The position numbers were made by a program, and so were the translations under genes. Shown here piece by piece: positions 39,880 through 57,685 of a stretch of DNA of 64,000 bases. The first letter of the stretch is position 1. Each line of letters starts with the position of its first letter. The notes under the pieces were generated by a model that saw only the letters and a list, made by a program, of their open reading frames with translations, was not told where the DNA came from and did not search any database. Source of the stretch: the human T2T-CHM13v2.0 reference genome, Homo sapiens; the NCBI RefSeq assembly GCF_009914755.1, contig NC_060927.1; one strand, 5' to 3'.

Positions 39880-41660
39880 TTCTTTTTCAAGATAGAATCA
39901 CTTACCACAAAATTTGTCATTTTAAAGTGTATAATTCAGTGGTTTTTAGTATAGTCACAAAATTGTATATTGATATAATTCTAGAACATTTTTATCACCC
40001 CAGAAAGAAACCCCTTACCCATTAGCAGTCACTTCCCATTCTCCCCTTTCGCTAGCCCCTGGTAACCACTAATCTACTTTGTCTTTATGGATTTGCCTGT
40101 TCTGGGTATTTCATATAAATTGAATCATACAATATGTGACCTTTTATGTCTGGCTTCTAGCACGTGTTAGTACTTCATTTCTTTTTGCGATGAAATAATA
40201 TTCCATTGTATGGATATACACATTTTGTTTATTCATCAGTTTCTACTTTTTGTCAAAAAATAACACTATTGTGAGCATTCATGTATGGGTTTTTGTGTAA
40301 ACATGTTTTCAGTTTTTTCAGGTGTATACTTAGGAGTAGAAGTGCTGGGTCATGGTAATTCTATCTTTAATTTATTGAGTAACTGCCATAGTGGTTGAAC
40401 CATTTTTTCATTCCCACTAGCAGTGTATGAGGCTTTCTTTTAATTAATTTCTCCACATCCTCTCCAACATTTTGCTGTTTTTTTTTTTTTTTTCCATTGC
40501 ATCCTAGGGGGTATGAAGTGGTTTCACATTGTAGTTTTGATTTGCGTTTCCCAAATGACTAATGATGTGTCAAGGATCTTTTGCATGGATTCTTCATGCA
40601 AAAGAATGAAGGTGGACTCTTATCTCACAGCATATGCAAAAATCATTTCTGCACTCTGACTTCTAATCTGTTGGTTTATAAGTCTTTGCAGATCCAAGTA
40701 CCACAATGTTTTGGTTACTGTAGATTTTGCGATAAGTTAGTTTTGCAACTAGGAAGTGTGATGTGCTTATTGGTTATTTGTATATCTTTGGAGAAATGTC
40801 TATTCAAATCTTTTGACCATTTTGTAATTTGGTTATTTACTTTTTTGTTGAGTTGTAAGAGTTCTTTATATATATGTGTGTACACACACACACACACACA
40901 CACATACGTTTATTCTGGATACTGGATAGGAATATATTCTATACTTGTACCAGTATACAAAGATGTTTACCTAAGAGTGTTCACTGCAGCAATGTTTATA
41001 AGATAATTATCAGAGATATGGTTTGTAAATATTTCTCCCATTCTGTGGATTACCTGTTCACTTTCTGAATGGTATCCTCTACATCAGAAACTTTTAAAAT
41101 TGTGATGAAGTCCAATTTATATATGTGTTTCTTTTATTGTTTGTGCTTTATATATCTAGGAAACCATTGCCTGATTCAATGTGATGAAGATTATAAGAAT
41201 TTTATAGTTTAACTCTCACGCTTGATCCATTTTGAGTTCATTTTTGCATATGATGTGACATAAGGGCCCACCTTCATTCTTTTGCATAGAATATCCAGTT
41301 ATCCCAATACTGTTTGTTAAAAAGACTATTCTTTTTCCATTGAATGTCTTGGCACCCTTGTCAAAAATCAATTGACCAGAAATTATGGGTTTATTTCTAG
41401 ACTCTGAATTCTATTCTGTTGGTTTATATGTCTTTGCTGATGTAAGTACCATAATGTTTTGATTACTGTAGGTTTTGTAGTAAGTTAATTTTGAAACTGG
41501 AAGTGTGAGACCTTTAACAGTGTCTGCCTTTCTTTTTTTTTTTTTTCAGATTGTTTTGTCTATTCTGGATCCCTTGCATTTCCATATGAATTTTAGAATC
41601 AGTTTGTCCATTTCTGTTAAAAAGGCAGTTGGAATTTTCATAAGCATTGCCTTGAATTGT
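39880..41660 (-). mobile_element. L1MB-type 3' portion carrying templated insertions
   Basis: L1MB 3' end (TTTAAAGTGTATAATTCAGTGGTTTTTAGTATA) and ORF2 C-terminal remnant ([20 protein letters not shown]). Confidence 0.8.
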
Positions 41661-41749
41661 CCTTTACTTTGAGAATATAATATTCTTACTTAGGTACAAA
41701 CATAAGACTTTTTGAGTACTATGTTTGGGTGTGACCTTATTCTAGGTAA

Positions 41750-42380
41750 CAAGCATTTCACAGAAATAGAAGGCCAAAAGGTACATGAAAAGATGTTCAA
41801 CCTCAGTCATGAAGAAATGCAAATTAAAAACAAAATTATAATTTTTCACTTGTCAGATTGGCAAAGATTAGAGTGTAGTGATGACTAGTCTTGGCTAGAC
41901 TGTGGGGAAAATAGAAGCTTCTGAGTTTGAAGTTTTTGACACAGTCCCTTTGGAGATCAGTAGCAGTAGCTATCAGAATAAAAAATATGAACAACCAAAG
42001 TTTCACTTTCAGAAATGTATTCTGTACCTGTACTTGCACAAATATACCAAGAAGTTTGTACAGGATGTTTACTGCAGCAACATTTGTAATACCAAAAGAC
42101 AGGAGTCAGCCTAAATATCATCAAGAGGACTAGTTAAAATTGAAGTACTGCATACAATGAAATGCCCTGTGAGCCACTGAAAAGAATGAGGCAGGTTAGT
42201 ATGTAAGGTGACATGGAGTCCAAGATGTATTGAATGACAAAATTTGTTATTGTGTGGTTCTATTAGAAATTAAAAAAAAAAAACACCAGAAATACTTGTA
42301 TACACACCTGTATAGAAAATGGCTGGCAGTATACACAGAAATAGTTAACAGAGATTACTTCTGGGCAGTAGAACTGGAAA
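41750..42380 (+). mobile_element. Ancient L1ME-type 3' fragment
   Basis: CATGAAAAGATGTTCAACCTCA...GAAATGCAAATTAAAA...CAGATTGGCAAAGATT; GGATGTTTACTGCAGCA. Confidence 0.65.
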
Positions 42381-43654
42381 TCTCATTAAATCCTTTCTCA
42401 TTACTTGACTTTTTTTAAAACAATGAGCAGGTTTTTGTTTTCTGAAAAATCATTAAGAATGACTCAGTAGTGCAAGTAAAATTAAAATTAATACTACTCT
42501 TTAGGAATAAAATATTTGTTTTTTTCTGTCAGTTTGATTGTTTTATATATAATATCTGTTGGTCTCTAGAGCAGTTTGATTGTTTTGTATATAATCCCTG
42601 TTGGTATCCAGAGGTAAATGCATTTTATTGTGATTTTTATTGCTGTGTGGAAAATGGATTAGAATTAGTTCTTGGGTACAAATATTTAATAGTATTTGGA
42701 ACCATATTTTTCATTTCTACATATTGTAAGTATGGGAGAAAAATAAGATTTATCTTTTAAGAGTTGTGATTGTGCTAGTTTTTAATTTATCAAATGAAGA
42801 ATATTTAAGAATATTTAATTCTTTAAGTACAAAGAATATTTAAGAATACTTAAGAGCATTGAAGCCTGATTATGCCACTGTTCTTTGGGTTCATGCTCTG
42901 GAACTTAAGGTTCAGTGAAGAAGGTAACCATTTCATAGTATCTCCCTTAACAAAGGTTACTGATACATTTTCAGAAACCTTAGTACCACAGGCAGTAAGG
43001 AGGCAGTGAGATCCCTCTGGATTTTGCCAGACCATTCCTAGAATTTTTAAGGTGAGGGGACCAATTTCCCACCCCATATAGAAATGGCACCAACATCTCT
43101 CCTAGAAACTTCCTGGTGATTGGAAACTTTTTATCTGTTGATGCTGGTTCTGTCTTTAGGGAGAATGTCATGTTTCATGTAACATATCTTAAAATATTTG
43201 AAGATACCTGTCATATCCTTTATTTAGAAATCTTTATTGAAATCCAATTAATGGTCAGGTACTGCCCTTCATACTTCTCTAGGCCGAATATTCCTAATTC
43301 CTTCCACTGATCATCTTAAGACCTCATTTCCAGAAATGTCACCATAGTATGCCATGCTTGGTAGCAGGCTCTAATGATGCCCTAAACTGAATATAGACTT
43401 CTCAAGGTATGGTTGGATTGTTGTGAAATAGTCTAGGCTCATTGACTCGCTTGGACTAAAAAGCTATCTTTCTCATAATGCAGTTTAGGATAATGTTTAC
43501 CTTTTTAGCAACAGGTTTACACTGAGAATGCTTTTACAGCTCTTTAAATGATGTATGAGGTCAACTTAACCCATGTGTTTGTCTGAATTATTATTGTAGA
43601 GCCTTAGCATCTGGTATGTTAGTAGTTGGTTTTTCGGTATAGTAGTAGGTTTTA

Positions 43655-43806
43655 TATATATATTTATATTTATATTTATTTATTGTCAATAGAGTTAGGG
43701 TCTCACTATGTTGCCCAGGTTGGTCTTGAACTCCTGGGTGCAAGTGATCCTGCTGCCTTGGCCTCTTAAAGTGCTGCGATTACGGGCATGAGCCACGGCA
43801 CCCAGC
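43655..43806 (-). mobile_element. FLAM_C monomer
   Basis: Left-arm Alu monomer with AT tail; TSD TAGTAGTAGGTTTT. Confidence 0.85.
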
Positions 43807-43835
43807 TAGTAGTAGGTTTTTACATTTATTTCTCA

Positions 43836-47076
<3,241 letters not shown>

Positions 47077-48145
47077 AGAATTTTGTTTTGGTTATGAGGC
47101 AAGGTGGGTATCCCTCTCCAGCCTTGAGTTAATGTCATCTTGGATAAGTATGCTATTCAGTATTTATCTGAGTTGTTGATAAAATATTAACAGAATAGAG
47201 CCTCGTGGCATACCTAGTGGTACTGAGTTATTAATACTACTGGCCCACCTGTCAGAAATTATGCAGTTTAGCTGTGTATTTTCATGTGACAGTGTTTATA
47301 AAATGTCTTGTTGGCATCAGAAGACTGTACAGCCTTACTGTACTTAAGACATGCTGTTTTTAAATGATTGTTTTCTCCTTTTCCAAAGTTAAAATCTGCT
47401 GTATTTATTTAAGATTTTTTTGGTGTGTGTATGGGGGAAGAGGGGAGGTGGAAGGATGAAAAGATTCTTTGCACTAAGTTTGCTTTTGGTTAAAAAGAAG
47501 CCTGTATTCTTAGATCTTAAATCTAGTCTCACTATACTAAAATTAGTCCCCTAAACTGGATTTACTTTGAAACTTTTGGATGACCTGACTAATTTAAATA
47601 TTGTACAATAGTTAAGAAGGAGGACTTTTAGTGTTACACAATGGTTCGGTTCCTGGCCATATCACTTACTAGTTTTGTTAATTTCTTTTTGTGTTGGGCA
47701 CATTACTTCTTTAATCTTTAATTTCCCTATCTAAAAAAGTAGTAAAAATAATGCCCTCTTCAGATTGTTTTCCGAGGATTAAGTGAAGTATTAGAAATAA
47801 AGCACTCAGCATCAAGCACTGGTACTTAGCAGCTTAACGGGCAAACCTGCTCTTTCCCTCCTCCTCCTCCTCCTTAGTACTCTTCTTCCTATTATGTTTC
47901 CTCCAACTGTTACTGTGATAACATATAAATGACTAAATGTGAAATCAGTAGAGTTTTAGACTTTTTTTTTAACTCAAAGCTTCAAACTAAAAACAGTGTA
48001 TTTCTTGCAGATCCTTTAAGGATAAATAGTTGATCTTTTAAAATGAAAGTGCCCTGTGAAAGTTTCATAGCTAAACATTTTTGTTCTTTAGTTTAAGGCT
48101 TAAGCCATATAGGTTTTTTTGTTTGTTTTTTTTTTGATTTGTTTT

Positions 48146-48254
48146 AACTAGTCAAGTGCATTTCAGTGAGAAGGGAGAAAGAGTAGAAAGGTGTTGGATC
48201 TGTAACTGACTGTGAACAATCAGTTGAGATAACTCAACTGCCTTCAGACCAGCC
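48146..48254 (-). pseudogene. Y1 RNA (RNY1) retropseudogene
   Basis: Reverse complement GGCTGGTCTGAAGGCAGTTGAGTTATCTCAACTGATTGTTCACAGTCAGTTACAGATC...CTTCTCACT...GCACTTGACTAGT matches hY1; A-rich tail 48114-48145; TSD AAGCC(A/C)TATAG. Confidence 0.92.
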
Positions 48255-48354
48255 AAGCCCTATAGTTTTACAAGAAAAAACCCATTCAGGTTAGTAACTC
48301 ATGTTGAATTACTTTTGGCTACTTTGTGTTCAATAATATCATTCTGGGGTGTCT

Positions 48355-48447
48355 TTGTCTTTTTTGGGGGGCAAGGAAATGGGGTCTTGGTATTTTGCCC
48401 AGCTTGGGCTTGAACTCTTGATCTTCTGCTTTAGCCTCCTAAGTAGA
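48355..48447 (-). mobile_element. Short Alu-monomer fragment
   Basis: GGGGTCTTG.TATTTTGCCCAG.TTGG.CTTGAACTC; TSD GGGTGTCTTTG. Confidence 0.6.
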
Positions 48448-48808
48448 GGGTGTCTTTGATTATATCTTAATAAAAGGATTGGAAGTTGAAGCAAGGAATT
48501 AAAAACATAAATGTGAATTACTGATAGATGTTAGGCAAGTAGTTGTGTAGGTGGGACTAACTTGCTTGACTAAGATTTTGATTGCCCATCCCTTTCACGT
48601 TCTACCTCCCTACCCCATAACATACCTTGAACATGAAAACATGGGGAACATAGATTTCAATAGAAGAAGCCCAATTATTTGTGAATAAGTATGAGAACCA
48701 TCTGGATATTCTGCAGTTGTTATAATACAGAGCAAATAGAGCATTAGCACCTACGGGAAAGCAGTTGGATTGTTGAATCTTCTTTGACTTGTTTGTTGCT
48801 TTGGATGA

Positions 48809-49241
<433 letters not shown>

Positions 49242-49925
49242 TAGTGTTAGTTGAAAAATTAGGGAAAAAGTCTGTTACTTAGCTTAGTTTTTCATTTATC
49301 CTTTTATTTAGCAGTTACTGAGTACCAGCTATATGCCAGGCATAGTGAGTGTTGGTTTGTGTGACCTGCAGTTCTTGTAGCTATTGAGTTTATAGTGTAG
49401 TTGAGGGAAAAACACGTTTGGATGAGCAGTGATAGTTACGTGGTAGGGGACTGAGTGTGAGTAATCGGTTCAGGGTTGTCGCAAGCCAACACAAAAAAGC
49501 TCATAGAAGGAATGAGGCCTAAAAGCTTAGTGTAGGGTATGGAGTGTGCAGGCTGGACCTGGCTTTTGCCTGCAGAAATGTGCTACAAGCATTTCAGACA
49601 AAGGGACTCAGTGGTAGACCTCTTCTACATATGCCACTTCAGTAGTGTGGTTTTAGATTTTATATTTAGCCATTTATATTTAGCCTGAGGCGTTCTGAGT
49701 CAGTCCAAATCCACTGTCACTAAATAAATGGGTTATGTATCTTAATAACAGAGGATTAGCCATCCTTATATGTGAAGGGCAGCATTACTGGGACATGTAA
49801 AGCAAACTTATTTGTGACAACAGAATATTTAAGTATAGTTAATAAATAGGATTCTTATAGTCTCCTATTAGGTAACATTCCTTTTAGAGATCCTCATGGA
49901 GTATGAGTATTTAAAGTGAGGTGGA

Positions 49926-50445
<520 letters not shown>

Positions 50446-50780
50446 TCAAGTTCCCTGATTAATGAAGTGGAGGACTGTTTGAATCTTTAATGTCTTACCT
50501 TTATGTGTAACTTGACCCCTCAGTTCTCCTTTTTCTTTTTTTATTCAGCCACTCGACAGCTCAATTTTTCTTTTTCTTTTTTTATTCAGCTCTCAGTTCT
50601 CTATCTTTTTATTGTCCAAAAACCATACAAATGGTGTTTTCTTGCCCACTTTTCTTACTCATGTTGAGGATTGGTTTTTCTAAACATAGCTTTTGTAAAT
50701 CAATGTGTACTGACTGATTTCACTTCCCTGATTATATCCTTAAAGCAGCTAAGGTCATTGGTTACTATAAATGAAGTACA

Positions 50781-51121
50781 CACAAGTCCGTGACTTGTGA
50801 TGGTTTGACTTAGGATTTTTCAACTTCACGATGGTGTGAAAGCAGTAGACATTCAGTAGAAACTGTACTTCTGTTCTTCACTTTCAGTACAGTATTATTT
50901 ATTAAATACATGAGATAGTCAACACTTTATAAAATAGGCTTTGTATTAGATTATTTTGCTCAACTGTAGGCTAATGTAAGTGTTGCTGAGTGTGTTTAAA
51001 ATAGGCTATGCTAAGCTATGATGTTCGCTTCGGTAGGTTAGGTGTATGAAATGCATTTTTGACTTGTTACTTTCAACTTATGATGGATTTGTTGGCATAT
51101 TATCCCATTGCAGTTGAGGAG
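50781..51121 (-). mobile_element. MER47A (Tigger-family MITE)
   Basis: GCTAAGCTATGATGTTCG...GGTAGGTTAGGTGTAT.AAATGCATTTT; CAACTGTAGGCTAATGTAAGTGTT. Confidence 0.8.
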
Positions 51122-51780
51122 AATAGTGGATTCTATGAAGATAAACTTAACTACCAGGTAAAAGACATTTCTTTTTTTTAAAAGCAGATTAATAATATGT
51201 GAACGCCTTTGGATTTGTTTTATCTAAGTAAGACTTTAGATTTTGTTGTGTTATAGATGGTTTGCAATTGTGTTTAACACATAACAGCTGGGAATGAGTG
51301 CCAGAGTATTATTTCTGAATCTTGCTTACATGGTAGTGTGTGCTAAAAATTAAGATGTAAAACTTTTGCTTTTATTTTACCTCGACATTTAAAAACACTA
51401 GTAAAACTTGGGATCAGGTGAAAACTTTTTTGTTTTACTTGCAAAAATATTCTCTTAAAAATATTGTGGTAAAGAGATCTAGCCTCTTAATGAATTTTAA
51501 AGTATACATTATTGTTGGCTATAGGTACAATGTTGTACAGCAGCTCTCTAGTGCTTATTCATCTTGACTGACTGAAACTTCATGAGCTTTGATTAGCTAC
51601 TCTCCATTTCCCCTTCTCCCAGCCTCTGCTAACCATCATTCCACTCTTTGATTTTTATGAATTTGTATTATTTTAGATAGTGGAGTTATGCAGTCATTTG
51701 TCTTTTTGTGACTGGCTTATTTCACTTAGCATGGTGTCCTCAAGATTCACCCATGTTGTGCCATTTTGTAGAATTTCTTT

Positions 51781-53003
<1,223 letters not shown>

Positions 53004-53006
53004 TAG

Positions 53007-53375
<369 letters not shown>

Positions 53376-54791
53376 TAAAAATCCTTTCATCTGTTGGTGG
53401 ACATTAGGTTTCTGCAGCTATCACTATCACATTGTGAATAGTGTTGTGGTGAACATCGGAGTGGTAATATCCGTTTGAGATCCTGATTTCATTCTTTTGG
53501 ATAAATACCCCAAAGTGGGACTTCTGGAATATATGGTAGTTCTGTTTTTAAATTTTTGAGGAAGCTTCATACTTTTTTCCATAGTGGCTGCACCATTTTG
53601 CATTCTCACCAACAGGATTCCAATTTCTTCACATCCTCACCAACAGTAGTTGTGTTTTGTTTTGTTTTGGTTTTTTGATAATAGTTTTCCTTACAGGTGT
53701 GAGGTAATATTGTGTTGTGGTTTTGATTTTCATTTCCCTAATGGTTAATGATGAGCATCTTTTCATGTGCTTACTGCCCATTTGTATATGTTTGGAGAAA
53801 TGTCTGTTGATGTCCTTAGCACATTTTTAAGTTGAGTTATTTGTGTTTTTTTACTGTTGAATTATTGGAGTTCTTTATATATTTGGAGACTAGCCCCTTG
53901 TCAGATGTTTGCAAATATTTTCTCTCATTCCGTAGGTTGCCTTTTACTCTGTTAATTGTTTCTTTTGCTGCGTAGAAGCTTTTTAGTTTGATGTAGTCCC
54001 ACTTGTTTATTTTTGTTTTGGTTGCTTATGCTTTTGGTATTAAATCCTTGAGATAATCGCCGACACCAGTGTCATGAAGCTTTTCCTGTATGTTTTCTTC
54101 TAAGAGTTTTAGTTTCATGTCTTAGGTTTATTAAATCATTTTCAGTTGATTTTTGTGTATGGTGTAAGAAAAGGGCCCAGTTTATTTTTTTTAGGTTTTT
54201 ACATGTAGATATGAAGTTTTCCTGATGCCATTCCTTTCCTCATTGTATATTCTTGGCATCTTTGTTGAAGATCAGTTGACCATATGTGTGTGGACTTATT
54301 TCTAGGCTTTCTTTCTGTGTTCTTGTGGCTCTATATGTCCGTCTTTATGCCAATACCATACTGTTTAGATTATGGTAGCTTTGTAATATTAATATATTTT
54401 GAAATCAGGAAGTATGATGCCTCCAGCTTTGTTCTTTTACAAGATTGATTTGGCTATTTATGGTCTTTTGTGGTTCCATATGAATTTTAGAATCGTTTTT
54501 CCATTTCTATAAAAAATACCACTGGAATTTTGATAGTGATTGCGTAGAATTTATAGATCACTTTGAGTAATATTGGCATTTAAAAATACTAAGTCTTAAC
54601 AAAACGTGAGCATAGGTGTTTCTGTTTTTTTGTGTGTCTTGTTTAATTTCATTCATTGTTTTCTGGTTTTCAATAAACAAACCTGTCACCTCATTCAAGT
54701 TTATTCCTAGGTAGTTAATTTTTTTCTATTGTAAATGAGATTGTTTTCCTAATGTCCTTTTCAGATAGTTAGTGTATGGAAACATTACTGA

Positions 54792-55183
<392 letters not shown>

Positions 55184-56951
55184 CAAAAGGGACAATTTTA
55201 CTACTTCCTTTCTGATTTGGATGTATTTTTTTTATTTTATTAAGCATTTAATTTATTGCTTAATTGCTTTGGCTAGGATTTCCAGTACTATGTTGAACTG
55301 AAGTAGGGAGAGTGGGCATCCTTGCTTTGTTCCTGATCTTTCAGGAAAAGTTTCTGTTTTTTGCTATTGAATATAATGTTGGCTGTGGGCTTTTCATATA
55401 CAGTCTTTATTATGTTACTTTCTTTTTATTCCTTGTTTGTAGAGAGTTTTTATAATGAAAGGGCGTTGATTTTTGTCAGATGCTTTTTCTGCATCTATTG
55501 AGATGATCATGTGATTTTTATCTTTGATTCTGTTAATGTGGTATATTAATACATTTTTTATATGTTGAATCATCCTTGCATCACAAGGGTCAGTAGATTT
55601 CCCTGGTATGAAACCCACTTGATCATGGTGTATTACCTTTTTGATAGGCTGTTAGATTCAGTTAGCTAGTATTTTGTTGGGAAGTTTTGCATCTATATTT
55701 ATTAAGGATATTGGTCTGTAATTTTCTTTTTTTGTTATATTCTTCCCTTGTTTTGGTGTTAGGGTGATACTGGCTTCATAGAATGATTTACGGAGGATTC
55801 CCTCTTTATCTTTAGGAATAGTTTCAGTAACGGTAGTACCAAATTTCTTTGAATGTCTGAAATAATTCAGCTGTAGATCCATCTGGTACTGGACTTTTTT
55901 TTTGTTGGCAATTTTTTCATTCCTGTTTCAGTCTCACCACTTGTTATTGGTCTGCTCAGAGTTTCTGTATCTTCCTGATTTAATCTAGGAGAGTTTTATA
56001 TTTCTAGGAAATTAACCATCTCCTCTGGATTTTCTAGTTTGTGCATGTAAAAGTGTTCATAGTAGCCTTGAATGATCTTTTCTATTTCTGTGTTATCAGT
56101 TGTAATATCTCCTGTTTCATTTCTAATTGAGCTTATTTGGATCTTGTCTCTTCTTTTCTTGGCTAATGTTGCTAATGGTCTATTGATTTTGTTTATTTTT
56201 TTTTAAAGAACCAGCTTTTTGTTTCATTTATTTTTTGTAATTTTTTGTTTCAATTTCATTTAGTTCTGCTCTGATCTTTGTTACTTATTTTCTTCTGCTG
56301 GGCTTAGGTTTGGTTTGTTCTTGTTCTCTAGTTCCTTGAGGTGTGACCTTAGATTGTCTGTGCTCTTTCAGACTTTTTGATGTAGGCATTTAATGCTGTG
56401 ACCTTTCCTCTTAGCACTGCTTTTGCTCTGTCTCAGAGGTTTTGATAAGTTGTGTCACTGTTACCCCTCAGTTCATAGAATTTTAAAATTTCCATTTTGG
56501 TTTCATTATTGACTTGAAGTCGTCATTCAAGAGAAGATTATTTAATTTCTATGTATTTATGTAGTTTTGAGGGTTCCTCTTGGAGTTAATCTCCAGTTTT
56601 ATTCCACTGTGGTCAGAGAGGATACTTCATATAATTTCAGTTTTCATAAATTTATTGAGTCTTGTTTAATGGCGTATCATATGGCCTGTCTTGGAGAATG
56701 TTCCATCTGCTGGTGAAAAGAATGTATATTCTGCAATTGTTGGGTAGAATGTTCTGTAAATATCTGTTAAGTCTATTTGTTGTAGGGTATAGTCTTAAGT
56801 CCATTGTTTCTTTCTTGACTTTCTGTCTTGGTGACCTGTCTAGTGTTGTCAGTGGATTATTGAAGTTCCCTCACTATTATTGTGTTGCCATCTGTCTCAT
56901 TTCTTAGGCATAGTAGTAATTGTTTTATAAATTTGGGAGCTTCAATGTTAG

Positions 56952-57317
<366 letters not shown>

Positions 57318-57387
57318 CTCCTTTGTCCTTTTTTAACTGTTGTTGCTTTGAAGTCTAGTTTGTCTGATATAAGAATAACTACTTCTA

Positions 57388-57685
57388 GGCCGGAAGTGGT
57401 GGCTCACACCTGTAATCCTAGCACTTTGGGAGGCATAGGTGGGTGGATTGCTTGAGGTCAGGAGTTCAAGACTAGCCTTGCAAACATGGTGAAACCATGT
57501 CTCTACTAAAATACAAAAATTAGCCAGGTGTGGTGGCTCACGCCTGTAATCCCAGCTACTTGGGAGGCTGAGGTGGGAGAATAGCTGAACCCAGGAGGTG
57601 AAGGTTGTAGGGAGTCTAGATTGCATACTGCTCTCTAACCTGGGTGATGAAGTGAGACTCTGTCTCAAAAAAAAAAAAAAAAAAA
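57388..57685 (+). mobile_element. AluS
   Basis: Sense Alu with polyA; TSD A(A/G)(G/A)ATAACTAC. Confidence 0.9.
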
